A stretch of DNA of 64,000 bases from a virus (lineage: Duplodnaviria > Caudoviricetes): positions 1 to 64,000 of the IMG/VR virus record IMGVR_UViG_3300029288_000097. One strand, given 5' to 3'. The notes under the pieces are model-generated. The model was not told the DNA's origin and searched no databases. It saw only the letters and a list, made by a program, of their open reading frames with translations. Position 1 is the first letter of the stretch; the number at the start of each line of letters is the position of its first letter. Both the position numbers and the translations under genes were made by a program. Below, piece after piece: positions 1 to 9,721 of the stretch.

Positions 1-152
1 ATTGCCGGAGGATGCGGATACAGGGACAGGGCATGCTTACCCGGCAGGAACTATATGCACTGTTGTTTGGGAAAATCAAACCAAGATGCTTGTGAGACCT
101 GATGATATGTTTCCTCTCAGGTTTATAGCTTTAGATAAGAAGGACATTTGAA

Positions 153-311
153 ATGGGTGGATGCACTGGAGCTGCAGGAGCAGCCTTTATCGTAACTCTA
201 TTGATCTGTGCGGCTTTGCCGGTGGATGCTGGTAAAGTATTCGCTACTGTATTTGTGATCCTGGCCGTAGCCGTGGGAGTTGAAGCTTTGTATCGGAGGT
301 GTAAGGGATGA
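153..311 (+). CDS. small membrane protein (52 aa, not in ORF track)
   Basis: ATG153 to TGA311, read by hand: MGGCTGAAGAAFIVTLLICAALPVDAGKVFATVFVILAVAVGVEALYRRCKG. Two hydrophobic segments; its stop overlaps the next start (ATGA). Confidence 0.55.
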   Translation: MGGCTGAAGAAFIVTLLICAALPVDAGKVFATVFVILAVAVGVEALYRRCKG

Positions 312-859
312 GTAACCGCTGTCCACAGTGTGAGAAGTTCGTATCGTTTGACGTTGAGTATAACGAGCCTGAATGGTCAAATGAGTTGGAGATCGATGTT
401 AATGGGGACATTACTGGCGAGTTACGTGTGATTCTCTCATGCGCTGACTGTGGCGAGGAGATGAAAGACTATATCCTCTGCGTTGAGCTGGCTCTTGATG
501 ACATCGAGGGATTGGTCGAATATAAGACCGAAGCTATCGAGAAGGCGCGTACAGAGGCCAAGAATGCTCTTCTAGCAGAACTTGGTGTGGCATCTGAAGA
601 AGATGTTATAGACCAGGATCGACTCGAAGAGGTTATGGACGAAGCTGAGGAAGCTTTCGAGTTCGAGGTAGAATGCACCAGTATCAGTGTTTATGATGAG
701 CTGCAGACCAAGGACAAGCACGGTAAACCGATCAAAAATATGCGCTTCATGAAAAAGTTCTATGTGGTAGAGCTTGAGATAGAAGTCAAGCATGACGAGT
801 GGAGCGTTACACACAATATCGTTGAGAAGATTCAGGCTTCTCACTTTGATGAGGTATAG
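308..859 (+). CDS. hypothetical phage protein with two CxxC pairs
   Basis: 183-aa ORF with CPQC and CADC, acidic, in a tightly packed operon. Confidence 0.6.
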   Translation: MSNRCPQCEKFVSFDVEYNEPEWSNELEIDVNGDITGELRVILSCADCGEEMKDYILCVELALDDIEGLVEYKTEAIEKARTEAKNALLAELGVASEEDVIDQDRLEEVMDEAEEAFEFEVECTSISVYDELQTKDKHGKPIKNMRFMKKFYVVELEIEVKHDEWSVTHNIVEKIQASHFDEV

Positions 860-863
860 TTGA

Positions 864-1241
864 GTGATTGTTGAACTGAATCTACTTGAGTTTGAATGGG
901 AAGGCTGGTCCAAGTTCTCTGAGCTGTTATGTGCTATGAAGACATTGAATATGGGCATGTCTGATGTGCAGGCGACTGTTAAAGAATGGATGGTCTACCA
1001 TAGACGCCCGGATGCCGAGATCACAAACGCAATGGGTGAGATTGAACACGAATGGATGAATAACAAGGGTGGTCTGGTGGACAAAGGGCCAGTCATATCG
1101 GCGCAGGTGCAGGATTACCAGGATCGTTTGATTCGTGGTGAAACACCGGATGAGGCTTTTCACAATTCGTATTTGGCGCGATCTTTGGCTCCGGCTATAT
1201 TAGGAGGTCATGATGAGACATCTGCTACGTCGGACACTTGA
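864..1241 (+). CDS. hypothetical protein
   Basis: 125-aa ORF, operon packing. Confidence 0.5.
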   Translation: MIVELNLLEFEWEGWSKFSELLCAMKTLNMGMSDVQATVKEWMVYHRRPDAEITNAMGEIEHEWMNNKGGLVDKGPVISAQVQDYQDRLIRGETPDEAFHNSYLARSLAPAILGGHDETSATSDT

Positions 1242-1452
1242 GAAGTTACGAATGCGTTTTGGCTGGAAGTTGGCCGTAGATGCACATAATAAGCCTATCT
1301 ACGAAGGTTCGTTGGTGGATGATCTGGTAGACCCTTATCCTAGACCTATGTATGTAGTTGGCATATTGAATGGTTCACTTACTGTTAAAGTTGGTGAAGT
1401 TATATCTAGCAGACACCCACGTAAAGTAATTGCTGTAGGATGGAGAGCTTAA
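1210..1452 (+). CDS. hypothetical protein
   Basis: AGGAGG Shine-Dalgarno (SD) upstream of the ATG. Confidence 0.55.
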   Translation: MMRHLLRRTLEKLRMRFGWKLAVDAHNKPIYEGSLVDDLVDPYPRPMYVVGILNGSLTVKVGEVISSRHPRKVIAVGWRA

Positions 1453-1456
1453 ACTT

Positions 1457-1963
1457 ATGTATGATTCCGACTGGAAGAAAAAGTGGGCTGAGATGACTGA
1501 TGAGGAACGAGCTTCAGCTGGAATCATCATAGATGAGCATATACTCAAGCATGGTAAATGTTACACCATTCGAGGACGCGAGGGAATCCAGATTACAATT
1601 CGTGAGGATGGCTTTATAGCTGGCACGATTAAAATTGAGAATGATAAGCCGATGACCTGTGAGAACTTTGTCCGTATGTTGGCAGAGTTTGCTCGGGCTG
1701 CACGATACTTTGAATGGACGGAGGAGGACAGAGAGAAAGGTCGAAACCCACAAACAAACTTAATGGGGATGTTTTTGGGTTGGGGGAGTGTGCCGGTGAG
1801 CACATTTGCAGAGATTCCTCCGGGAGGTAATGATGGAGCTGAAGAGTATTCAACGAAAAATGCACTTGATCGGGCCGGTCAAGGTAGTTTGCAACCGGGA
1901 GATAAGGGCTCTGTGTGCAAAGCCTTACCAAGCACATCCGAAGGGTTGCCCGAATACAAATAG
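1457..1963 (+). CDS. hypothetical protein
   Basis: 168-aa ORF; its 3' end overlaps the next gene. Confidence 0.5.
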   Translation: MYDSDWKKKWAEMTDEERASAGIIIDEHILKHGKCYTIRGREGIQITIREDGFIAGTIKIENDKPMTCENFVRMLAEFARAARYFEWTEEDREKGRNPQTNLMGMFLGWGSVPVSTFAEIPPGGNDGAEEYSTKNALDRAGQGSLQPGDKGSVCKALPSTSEGLPEYK

Positions 1964-2363
1964 GTGTAGTAAACTTCCATTTTTCGCTGATAGATATGGG
2001 AATGAAGTTTATGTTGCGGCTCTTGAGTTTGACTTCGGAGCTTATCTGTCTATGATGCAAGAACGGCATCCTGACTGGACAGATCGTAAGTTACGTTGTC
2101 CTCTTTATTGGCAGGGACATGTCCGTAAAGAGATGCGAGACTTTATTCAAACGCACAACGTTGTAGGATTCGTACCATTGTGGGTGCCAGAGGCATTAGG
2201 GGTAAATGTTACCGAGACTTGTAAGAACGCAGGAATCGAGCTGCAGTGGCCTCCAATGACCAAAACGTATGTGATCGTGCTTTATGTGCGAAACATAACA
2301 TTTGAAGATCATGCACAGGCTCCACCTAGAAGGTCTGCTGTATTAGAGGTAGTAGATGAGTAA
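1830..2363 (+). CDS. DUF2284-like predicted metal-binding protein
   Basis: C..PY..HPKGCPN...C and PEALGVNVTET motifs; GGAGG SD before ATG1830. Confidence 0.5.
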   Translation: MMELKSIQRKMHLIGPVKVVCNREIRALCAKPYQAHPKGCPNTNRCSKLPFFADRYGNEVYVAALEFDFGAYLSMMQERHPDWTDRKLRCPLYWQGHVRKEMRDFIQTHNVVGFVPLWVPEALGVNVTETCKNAGIELQWPPMTKTYVIVLYVRNITFEDHAQAPPRRSAVLEVVDE

Positions 2364-2577
2364 ACAACCAGAAACCATATTGAAGAAAGACCATGATCGT
2401 ATTATAGCTGCAAAGGATAAGATCATTACTGAGCTGGCTAACATTGTAGACGAGTTTCGTGTGGCATATGCAGATTTCAGTGGTGAAGCTACTCCTTTGG
2501 CCGAACGTGCAAAACGGGCAGTCAATAGAAAAGCAGTTAATGATGTTGCATGGCCCCCGAGGAAGGGAAAAGCATAA
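2356..2577 (+). CDS. hypothetical protein
   Basis: GAGGT SD, operon packing. Confidence 0.5.
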   Translation: MSKQPETILKKDHDRIIAAKDKIITELANIVDEFRVAYADFSGEATPLAERAKRAVNRKAVNDVAWPPRKGKA

Positions 2578-2778
2578 ATGACAAAGATTACGATAACATT
2601 TGTTGGACCTACAACACGGAGTTACGATGTTGAGGATGCTGTAGCTAATGAGCTATTGGCCGAGGGGCATAAGCTCTCTGAGACTCGTATGTTCAAGGAT
2701 ACCAAGTATCAACGGCATACGATCATGATGGCTAATGTCCTTATGATCGAAGAAGTATTCCCAACAAGGACATTTTGA
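2578..2778 (+). CDS. hypothetical protein
   Basis: abuts both neighbours. Confidence 0.5.
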   Translation: MTKITITFVGPTTRSYDVEDAVANELLAEGHKLSETRMFKDTKYQRHTIMMANVLMIEEVFPTRTF

Positions 2779-2972
2779 TGTGGATTATTCGGCTGATTTT
2801 TGGCTATTGTGACTGTTGTCAGCGATGGTTTGTATACCCACGCACACGACGGCAGAGTTCAGCTTACGAAGATGATAGCCAGAACTTTATACGCTGCTGT
2901 AAAGTCTGTTTCATTGAGCGGGAGGAGCTTTGGACTGAACGGTGGCAAGAATACTGGAGTGGATGCTTATGA
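2775..2972 (+). CDS. small Cys-rich (zinc-finger-like) protein
   Basis: CDCC...CCKVC; start/stop overlaps on both sides. Confidence 0.45.
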   Translation: MMWIIRLIFGYCDCCQRWFVYPRTRRQSSAYEDDSQNFIRCCKVCFIEREELWTERWQEYWSGCL

Positions 2973-3670
2973 CTGGAATTATACTTGCAGCCGGTAAAGG
3001 AACACGGCTTGGACTTGATATACCAAAGGCAATGGTAGAGATAGCTGGTAAGCCTTTGCTATCTTATGTGATCGATGGTATGAGACGAGCTGAGGTGCGA
3101 AAAATCATTGTAGTAGTCCGGCATAGGCAGCAAATTATTAAAGACTACATCAGCACATGCTACCCGGAGATTCAATGCGTTCCTCAAGGTGTGCTCTACG
3201 GTACTGCAGCTGCTCTTAGAGTGGCAATGCCTTTGGTGGATGATAGTATGGTCTTGGCTGCTTTTGGTGATGTGTTGGCTTACCCAAATGACATCTATCG
3301 CCAGGTAGCAAATGGTTTTCAACGTGAGCACGGAGCTATTGCTATTGATTGTATAGGACCAGGTGTTGAAGAGAAGAAAGGCATCGTTCGACTCAGGCCG
3401 GATACTTCAGTCTGGCACATCGATGAAGAGCTTCCTCGGTCTGGCAAAATGAATAATACTGGGGTCTTTTCATTTTGGAAAGGGATTCTTTATGAAGCTC
3501 TACATGCTGTAAAGCGTAACCGAGATGGCGAGTATAATATGACTTCGGCCATCAATTACATAGCTCAGCGAGGTCGTGTTAATACAGTTCAGTACTATGG
3601 CACCGTATTTGACATCGGCACTCCGAGTAAGTTATACGAAGCTCGAAAGTTTATGGAGGCACGGAGATGA
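2969..3670 (+). CDS. sugar-1-phosphate nucleotidyltransferase (NTP_transferase family; HddC-like candidate)
   Basis: GIILAAGKGTRL..PKAMVEIAGKP, GTAAA, NTGVFSF and DIGTP motifs. Confidence 0.85.
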   Translation: MTGIILAAGKGTRLGLDIPKAMVEIAGKPLLSYVIDGMRRAEVRKIIVVVRHRQQIIKDYISTCYPEIQCVPQGVLYGTAAALRVAMPLVDDSMVLAAFGDVLAYPNDIYRQVANGFQREHGAIAIDCIGPGVEEKKGIVRLRPDTSVWHIDEELPRSGKMNNTGVFSFWKGILYEALHAVKRNRDGEYNMTSAINYIAQRGRVNTVQYYGTVFDIGTPSKLYEARKFMEARR

Positions 3671-4149
3671 ATTGGCAGTATTTCAAGTATGTGCTCAAAC
3701 ATCGATGGTTGGTGTTTTTGGCAGCAATAGAGCTGGGTATCCCCTGGCGAGGTTTCATTCATGATCTCAGCAAGTATAGCCTGGCTGAGTGGGGTCCATA
3801 TATGCAATGGTTTTATGGACCCTATGGTACAAACTTTGATCCTAAAAATAGCACTTTAGGGGGTCATCTAAAAGACAAAAATCATATTGCTTTCGGTAAG
3901 GCTTGGCTACACCATATTCACTGTAATGCTCACCATTGGGAGCATTGGATCATTCCCGGTAAAGAAGAATGCCCGGCTCATGGCATTCCAATCTACTGCC
4001 GAGAAATGGTAGCAGATTGGAATGCCATGAGCCGGGCACGAGGTAAGAGTGACTGCATGGCTTGGTATGAAAGTCAGCGTGATATTATTAAGCTTCACCC
4101 AACAAGTCGGCAGCTTATCGAAAGCTTTATCTATGTTCCGAAAGGATAA
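3667..4149 (+). CDS. DUF5662-like His-rich (HD-related) phage protein
   Basis: HRW..F, HDLSKY, AWLHH..N.HHWEHW and EMVADW motifs. Confidence 0.7.
   Translation: MNWQYFKYVLKHRWLVFLAAIELGIPWRGFIHDLSKYSLAEWGPYMQWFYGPYGTNFDPKNSTLGGHLKDKNHIAFGKAWLHHIHCNAHHWEHWIIPGKEECPAHGIPIYCREMVADWNAMSRARGKSDCMAWYESQRDIIKLHPTSRQLIESFIYVPKG
3970..4038. repeat. 25-bp perfect inverted repeat inside the CDS
   Basis: 3970-3994 TGCCCGGCTCATGGCATTCCAATCT is the exact reverse complement of 4014-4038. Confidence 0.95.
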
Positions 4150-4154
4150 TAAAT

Positions 4155-4646
4155 ATGCCTGTTCCTAAGACAACACGAGAAGTCACTAATGTTGATGATT
4201 TTATAGCCGGAGCTGAGGAGTGGGGCACGACTGAAATCTATTCTGAGGAAACTCTACGGAGTTTTGTTCAGCGTATGATGGACGCAGCCGATGACTATAA
4301 TTGTTCATTCGGAGCCAGCTTAACCAAGGACAAGCGTAGTATAGTTCTCACAGTTTATAGCCCTGACATCGACAAGGCTGATAAGATGTCAGATATTATG
4401 GCCGGATCGTATAAAGCTATGAATGGTCTACTGAATGAGATATTCCGGCTCCGGGCTCTAGTTGGTGGTGATAAGATCAATCAGCTAAAAATGCTCGCTA
4501 CAGAGGCAGCCGATTACTTCACTGATGAGGCTGGCACAACTTGTGACCAGGGAAATCATGATGGTGGTGGTATCTACCCATGTCAGCATTGTGAGCTGTT
4601 GGGTAGAGCTGAAGCTCTCAGAGAGGCAGTAAAGGCATTGGAATAA
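4155..4646 (+). CDS. hypothetical protein
   Basis: 163-aa ORF with AAGGA SD. Confidence 0.55.
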   Translation: MPVPKTTREVTNVDDFIAGAEEWGTTEIYSEETLRSFVQRMMDAADDYNCSFGASLTKDKRSIVLTVYSPDIDKADKMSDIMAGSYKAMNGLLNEIFRLRALVGGDKINQLKMLATEAADYFTDEAGTTCDQGNHDGGGIYPCQHCELLGRAEALREAVKALE

Positions 4647-4660
4647 GTGGAGGAAATAAA

Positions 4661-4705
4661 CAGGTAATTTTACCAGTTGTTTTCGTCTATAGGCTGAGCT
4701 ATACT
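4661..4705 (+). promoter_or_regulatory. operator palindrome + sigma70-like promoter (copy 1)
   Basis: CAGGTAATTTTACCAG, then TTGTTT-17-TATACT. Confidence 0.8.
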
Positions 4706-4744
4706 GTTACTGTAGTTGATTGATTAACCAGGAGAACAGACAAA

Positions 4745-5743
4745 ATGGGCGATAATTCAAAATATTTAGCATTCTGTCCGCGATGTCGTAGACTTGGTAT
4801 GCCACAAATGATGGAGATTTACCCACCAAACGTTAATCCAGCAGATGATCCAGAGAAGAAAACTGTTGTAGATACTCTCTATGTCTATGGATGCGGTTCT
4901 ATGTATAGTGAGGCTGAACGTAAACTTATTGATATAAGGTGTGACTTCAGGCCAATACGAGCTGAGGAAGCCTTGTTTGAAGCAGAAACGGCTAGAGAGT
5001 TGTTTCTATATAAAGGACTGCAGCATAAAGCATTCGATGAAGAGTTATTTGATATTACATGGGATTCTGCTCCTCTGCGTCAATGGGTTTTGGATAAGTG
5101 TCAGTATCTTCTATGGGATGCTAACATGTTGCAATCTGTGTTAGATCAGGCTGAAAGCTTTATTGGTACTTGTGTAGACTACTCAGTGCCAATGAACCAG
5201 ATATGGATAGTAGACCCTGCTATGATGAATGATGCAGGACATATTACGATGGGCACATTCTTCCGAGCTACGAGTTCAGCCCTTCAGCAGGTTAAACTGG
5301 TAAGTCCTCCGAGTAAAGCCAAAAATGGAGAAGCTTGGGCTGTCTGGACACCTTACTATGAATGGGGTAATAAGATCAAGACGCTGGCTAGTGCACGAAT
5401 GGCAGCGATCTATACCTGGCTTCAGCAGCCTTACGTGGATAGAGTTGAGGGTATACATCATAGTCGGCAAGTTCGTCGAGAAGCCGAACGTAAGAATCGT
5501 AAACTCTCAAATATCAGCATAGTTCAGTTCAGAAAACCTGATGGTTACAGGGCACCGGTTAAAGCCGAAGGACAAACCCGTGAGCTGCATTGCTGCTTCG
5601 AGAGAGCAGGGTTCACACGTAGACAACCGTATGGTCCGAAGAATACTTTAAGACGTGTTCAATGGATAGCTCCCACTTTTGTGGGTGATCCGAGTAAGCC
5701 ATTTAAGGCTAAGGGTAAAACTCTTTATCGAGTATCGAGGTGA
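4745..5743 (+). CDS. conserved phage protein with basic C-terminal 'RRQPYGP...WIAP..VG' domain
   Basis: 332-aa ORF with AGGAG SD; the C-terminal motif recurs in phage proteins of unknown function. Confidence 0.6.
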   Translation: MGDNSKYLAFCPRCRRLGMPQMMEIYPPNVNPADDPEKKTVVDTLYVYGCGSMYSEAERKLIDIRCDFRPIRAEEALFEAETARELFLYKGLQHKAFDEELFDITWDSAPLRQWVLDKCQYLLWDANMLQSVLDQAESFIGTCVDYSVPMNQIWIVDPAMMNDAGHITMGTFFRATSSALQQVKLVSPPSKAKNGEAWAVWTPYYEWGNKIKTLASARMAAIYTWLQQPYVDRVEGIHHSRQVRREAERKNRKLSNISIVQFRKPDGYRAPVKAEGQTRELHCCFERAGFTRRQPYGPKNTLRRVQWIAPTFVGDPSKPFKAKGKTLYRVSR

Positions 5744-5746
5744 TAC

Positions 5747-6133
5747 ATGATTTCATATCGGCAGATAATTGAAGCTATTGAACGGGAAGATATGATTGAA
5801 GCTCATCGCTTGGTGCGCGAACGTAAAGCGCGAGCAGTTGAGATCAAAACTGATCTTCAGCGTTTGGCTCCTATCATTGCACAACAGGGTGGCGTGCATA
5901 GCAAAGAAGTAATTGAGCGGGCTCTTACTCTTGTGGCTCAAGGCCAGGCTAAGGAAGCACAAGCTATTCTGGCCGAACGTATGACTGCTGAGCAAATCCA
6001 ATTTGGACATCTCTTGATGGAGCTATTGGGTTTTGAAGATGGACAGCCGGATAATATCCCGCAGTCTGTTGATTTAACTGATACCAAGACATTGATCGAA
6101 CAGGCATTCCAGGGGGAAGCATCAGATGGATGA
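5747..6133 (+). CDS. hypothetical protein
   Basis: GAGGTG SD. Confidence 0.55.
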   Translation: MISYRQIIEAIEREDMIEAHRLVRERKARAVEIKTDLQRLAPIIAQQGGVHSKEVIERALTLVAQGQAKEAQAILAERMTAEQIQFGHLLMELLGFEDGQPDNIPQSVDLTDTKTLIEQAFQGEASDG

Positions 6134-6593
6134 TAAATCGTTTGAGATATTTGTGCGCCAAGATGATTCTTTATCTGATGGCTGGAGCAAACCTCTCACG
6201 GCAGAGCAAGCTTCCACCAAAATCAAGACGCTTATTTCTAATAAGCTCAATGGGGCAATCATTGCTATTCCTGTGGATATTATGGCGCAGTTCAAAGACA
6301 TGCATATCTGTTTTCCTGGGGTAGTATGTTCCGTCGAGAATGATTCCAGCACTTATGCGTTGGACGGCTGGTTCGAGTATATAGAATGCGAAGATGGTGG
6401 CACTTGGAAGATCAAGGTCACATGGAGTGGGGATCGGCATAGAAAACGAATCACACTCGAAGAGATCACTGATGACGTGGTGAATGCGCTTACTCGTTTT
6501 ACAGCTGCTATCAAGATAACTATAGATGGGGTAAAACAGTCCCCACCTATTGAAGAAATCAATAAGAAGATGTGGGGGTTGGTTAGATGTTAG
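6126..6593 (+). CDS. hypothetical protein
   Basis: operon packing. Confidence 0.5.
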   Translation: MDDKSFEIFVRQDDSLSDGWSKPLTAEQASTKIKTLISNKLNGAIIAIPVDIMAQFKDMHICFPGVVCSVENDSSTYALDGWFEYIECEDGGTWKIKVTWSGDRHRKRITLEEITDDVVNALTRFTAAIKITIDGVKQSPPIEEINKKMWGLVRC

Positions 6594-7348
6594 ATTTTCC
6601 TAAAGATATGCGTATTGACATCACACTCACTGATGGCAGAAAAGCGACGGTCATCAACTTTACACCACTTGACTCACAGATTATGCACGACATAACGCGA
6701 GTTGCCTTGGATAGGGCCGAGTTACCACCTTATGAGAATGGTGATCTGGGAATCACATACCTATATCGAAGTAGTCCATTCGACCCTAATACAGCGGGTA
6801 GCTTCTCAGATGAATCGGGACACATAACAGTATACATACCAAAAGCATTACGGGGTGAAAATGTGCTTAGCACACTTTATCATGAGATCAGCCACTTCAT
6901 TGACTGGGTAAATGGGGTGGAATATGATAGTGACATCCCATATGATGAACGCCCTGAAGAGATTCGTGCTCGGCGGTATGCCTCAAAAATGGCTGTGGAG
7001 TTTTACTGGGCAAGGAATAAAGATGCTGAGCTTGCTGCTGTTTATAATACGTACTCGGAGGCAGTTTATAACTGGGCATGCACTCCATGGGGATTTGTTG
7101 ATTGGTTATCTCTTGAGGTAGCCAGGGATGATATGGTATCTGACCTTGCTCGTGACCTCAATTATGCCATTCAACGGGGCGATCAAATACCTACAAATAC
7201 AAGACGTGCTGCATGGGTTGCCTATCTTGAAGGTCAGAATGCATGTCCTGGAGCTTTTGAAGCTCTGGATAAAGCTTTCGATGAGTGGCGGGCAATAAAT
7301 AAGCGAGTTTATTCATTTAGGGCACAGACCGGCTGGAATCGAGATTAG
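6587..7348 (+). CDS. HEXXH zincin-like domain fused to a YozE/SAM-like domain
   Basis: TLYHEISHFID...PEEIRA; C-terminal FVDWL...RDDMVSDLARD. Confidence 0.6.
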   Translation: MLDFPKDMRIDITLTDGRKATVINFTPLDSQIMHDITRVALDRAELPPYENGDLGITYLYRSSPFDPNTAGSFSDESGHITVYIPKALRGENVLSTLYHEISHFIDWVNGVEYDSDIPYDERPEEIRARRYASKMAVEFYWARNKDAELAAVYNTYSEAVYNWACTPWGFVDWLSLEVARDDMVSDLARDLNYAIQRGDQIPTNTRRAAWVAYLEGQNACPGAFEALDKAFDEWRAINKRVYSFRAQTGWNRD

Positions 7349-7372
7349 CATAAAAAGGTGGAGGTTAGTGAG

Positions 7373-8380
7373 ATGAAAGGCAAAGTACGAATCCCAACCA
7401 TCGGTGATATGCGTTTCAAGCATTGGGCGAAGGAACTGATGGGTGTTGATACTACCCAAAAGAACGGTTATGCTTTCTTGGGAGAGTTTGTGCCTACGGA
7501 TCGTCTGGTAGAGGTAGAGCATGGCACATTGTTTTTGCTTTACGGCGAGTCAGGATCACGTAAGTATCCTAAGCCTGTAGTTGCTATGATCCGGGCTGTA
7601 AAGCTATTCAAGGATCACGAGGTAACTTTTGAACCGATTTTCCGAGCAGCCGACCTAGACCCGTCATGGGCACTACAGATTCGGGATCAGGTAGCTTATC
7701 ATATCGGTGTCAATGAGAAGCGTAACAAGATCGAAAAGGTCAATAATGCGTTTATCGTTTACATGGATACAGATGAGGCTCATCGACAGGAGAAAGCTTA
7801 CGGTATAAGCTATACGTTCTACTACAAGGGTGAGACACATGACTATGTGCAGCTGGATGAAGCTGTCACGGAATTGGGTGAGATGATGCCTACACCATCG
7901 TGGTTGAATCCAAGCTATGTTGTTGGCTATTTGTTCAATGATGACGGCACCGAGGTAGCTTTGATCTTGAAGGATCATCCCGAGGATCAAGTAGGTAAGT
8001 TGAATGGTATTGGTGGCCGGATTGAGGGACTTGAAGATTCCCAGATGGCTATGATACGTGAGTTTGGTGAAGAGACTGGCATTACTGTAATGGATATGGT
8101 TACCAAGGCTACTGAACTTTGGCAGCATACCATTTACCTGCAGGGACCGGAATGGAAAGTGCTCTACTATCGAGCATTTTCAACTGAATTGATTGAACGT
8201 CTTAAGGCGAAAACAGATTGGCCTACATCGGAGCCTGTTGTAGTGGTATCAGTGAAAGACTTACCGAAGAATATATTTAGTCATGTCGATTGGACTGTAG
8301 CTATCAGTGTAGCTCCGGGAATCAGATTTCCATTCAGGGTTGATGACGGGACAAAAGTAATGGGAGAAGATAATGGCTGA
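7373..8380 (+). CDS. NUDIX hydrolase with an unknown N-terminal domain
   Basis: Nudix box GGRIEGLEDSQMAMIREFGEETG. Confidence 0.8.
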   Translation: MKGKVRIPTIGDMRFKHWAKELMGVDTTQKNGYAFLGEFVPTDRLVEVEHGTLFLLYGESGSRKYPKPVVAMIRAVKLFKDHEVTFEPIFRAADLDPSWALQIRDQVAYHIGVNEKRNKIEKVNNAFIVYMDTDEAHRQEKAYGISYTFYYKGETHDYVQLDEAVTELGEMMPTPSWLNPSYVVGYLFNDDGTEVALILKDHPEDQVGKLNGIGGRIEGLEDSQMAMIREFGEETGITVMDMVTKATELWQHTIYLQGPEWKVLYYRAFSTELIERLKAKTDWPTSEPVVVVSVKDLPKNIFSHVDWTVAISVAPGIRFPFRVDDGTKVMGEDNG

Positions 8381-8609
8381 GAATATTAAGCAGTTCGACT
8401 ACGATCAAATAACGAATACCGCATTTGGATTGATGATTAAGTGCGTGATTGAAGCTACGAACTATGTTGAGAAGTATAAAGAGCAAATGCCTGATGAACA
8501 GCTCAATTCTAGTGCTGCATTAGGTAGTGCAGGTGCTGAGTTTGTAGACTTCATGCGATCAGTTGAGGAAGGTGTTAAGCAGTTGCTTGATGAACGGGAT
8601 AAAGGTTGA
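8373..8609 (+). CDS. hypothetical protein
   Basis: operon packing. Confidence 0.5.
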   Translation: MAENIKQFDYDQITNTAFGLMIKCVIEATNYVEKYKEQMPDEQLNSSAALGSAGAEFVDFMRSVEEGVKQLLDERDKG

Positions 8610-8613
8610 TTAA

Positions 8614-9003
8614 ATGTTCAACTTTATGCACATGTTGGAACACTTACACCCTGGCATTACTGACTTTGTAAAAGCGGGAATGGTAGAGATATTCACCCGT
8701 GAAGAGGTGCATGACTGGCTGCTTTCTATGGCTGCCATAGGTGTTCGAGAGATCAAGTGGTATACCGTAGTCGATCAACCTTATTGTTCCATGAGTGATC
8801 TTATGGAATTGGACAACTTTTTGGCAGAACGTCGTCAGTTTGCAGGTGATACTTACACTGACATGCATTTACACTATGAAGCAGCTTTTATGTTCGTTAA
8901 TGCTGGCCGGGCATCAGGGCTTAGATATACATTAGCCGATTATGGGAGACAGCTCAATGGCACGCGAAAAGCTTACGATACGATGGATATACGCTTCCTA
9001 TAA
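8614..9003 (+). CDS. hypothetical protein
   Basis: operon packing. Confidence 0.5.
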   Translation: MFNFMHMLEHLHPGITDFVKAGMVEIFTREEVHDWLLSMAAIGVREIKWYTVVDQPYCSMSDLMELDNFLAERRQFAGDTYTDMHLHYEAAFMFVNAGRASGLRYTLADYGRQLNGTRKAYDTMDIRFL

Positions 9004-9181
9004 AGGAAAGTGTGGTGGCTGTGGCGATTATCTGGAAGAAGGTGATCGTATTGCTTATGACTACGAGACTCGGACTGCATTTTGCCAGGAATGTGGTGAG
9101 GATGAAGAACAATGTCAACTTCGAGCGATTGAGCGTGGCAAGCCCTCACTCGATGATCTTGAAAGTAGATTTGAGGAGTAG
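8957..9181 (+). CDS. zinc-finger protein
   Basis: CGGC...CQEC; GGGAG SD. Confidence 0.55.
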   Translation: MAREKLTIRWIYASYKGKCGGCGDYLEEGDRIAYDYETRTAFCQECGEDEEQCQLRAIERGKPSLDDLESRFEE

Positions 9182-9184
9182 ACA

Positions 9185-9445
9185 ATGAAAGCTATTTGGA
9201 AGTTTCCATTGGTTGATCGATGTGGTTTGCAGTTTGTAGCTATGCCTTTAGGAGCAGAAATCTTAACGGTACAAATGCAAGGTACTACTATAACTTTATG
9301 GGCTAAGGTTAATACTGAGAATCCCATGGAGTCGGTTCCTATACAAATTGTTGGCACAGGTAACCCATATGATTCTGTTGGAGATTACATTGGTACAGTT
9401 CAGCTTGATATGTATGTCTGGCATATCTTCAAAGGTGAGCAGTGA
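9185..9445 (+). CDS. conserved small phage protein
   Basis: IWKFPL...MP.GAEIL.VQ.Q...LWA.V...GTG...YIGTVQ...VWHIF pattern, common in phages. Confidence 0.7.
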   Translation: MKAIWKFPLVDRCGLQFVAMPLGAEILTVQMQGTTITLWAKVNTENPMESVPIQIVGTGNPYDSVGDYIGTVQLDMYVWHIFKGEQ

Positions 9446-9654
9446 AAGCTTCTCACTACATGTTCTGCATAGCAGATGAGTCCACAAAGCCGGTCAAGTA
9501 TCTTCGGAAGAATGGAAAGTGGACTGAGCATCCCAGTGAAGCCAAGTGGTATGCCTATGCAGCTTATGCTCACTACTGGATATATGAGCATCCGGGGAAA
9601 GAATACAAGGTCTACAAAGTCCCTCGGGATACGAAACTTTGTCCTGTGCAATAA
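9442..9654 (+). CDS. hypothetical protein
   Basis: GTGA start/stop overlap. Confidence 0.45.
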   Translation: MKASHYMFCIADESTKPVKYLRKNGKWTEHPSEAKWYAYAAYAHYWIYEHPGKEYKVYKVPRDTKLCPVQ

Positions 9655-9656
9655 AC

Positions 9657-9701
9657 CTGGTAGAATTACCAGTTCCCATATTATGTAGACTCAGCTATAC
9701 T
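9657..9701 (+). promoter_or_regulatory. operator palindrome + promoter (copy 2)
   Basis: CTGGTAGAATTACCAG, TTCCCA-17-TATACT. Confidence 0.8.
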
Positions 9702-9721
9702 AGATGTAGTTGGAGGTGACT

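Noticed and set aside
3907-4098. Minus-strand ORF resembling the + strand protein
   Set aside because: The similarity arises only from the inverted repeat.
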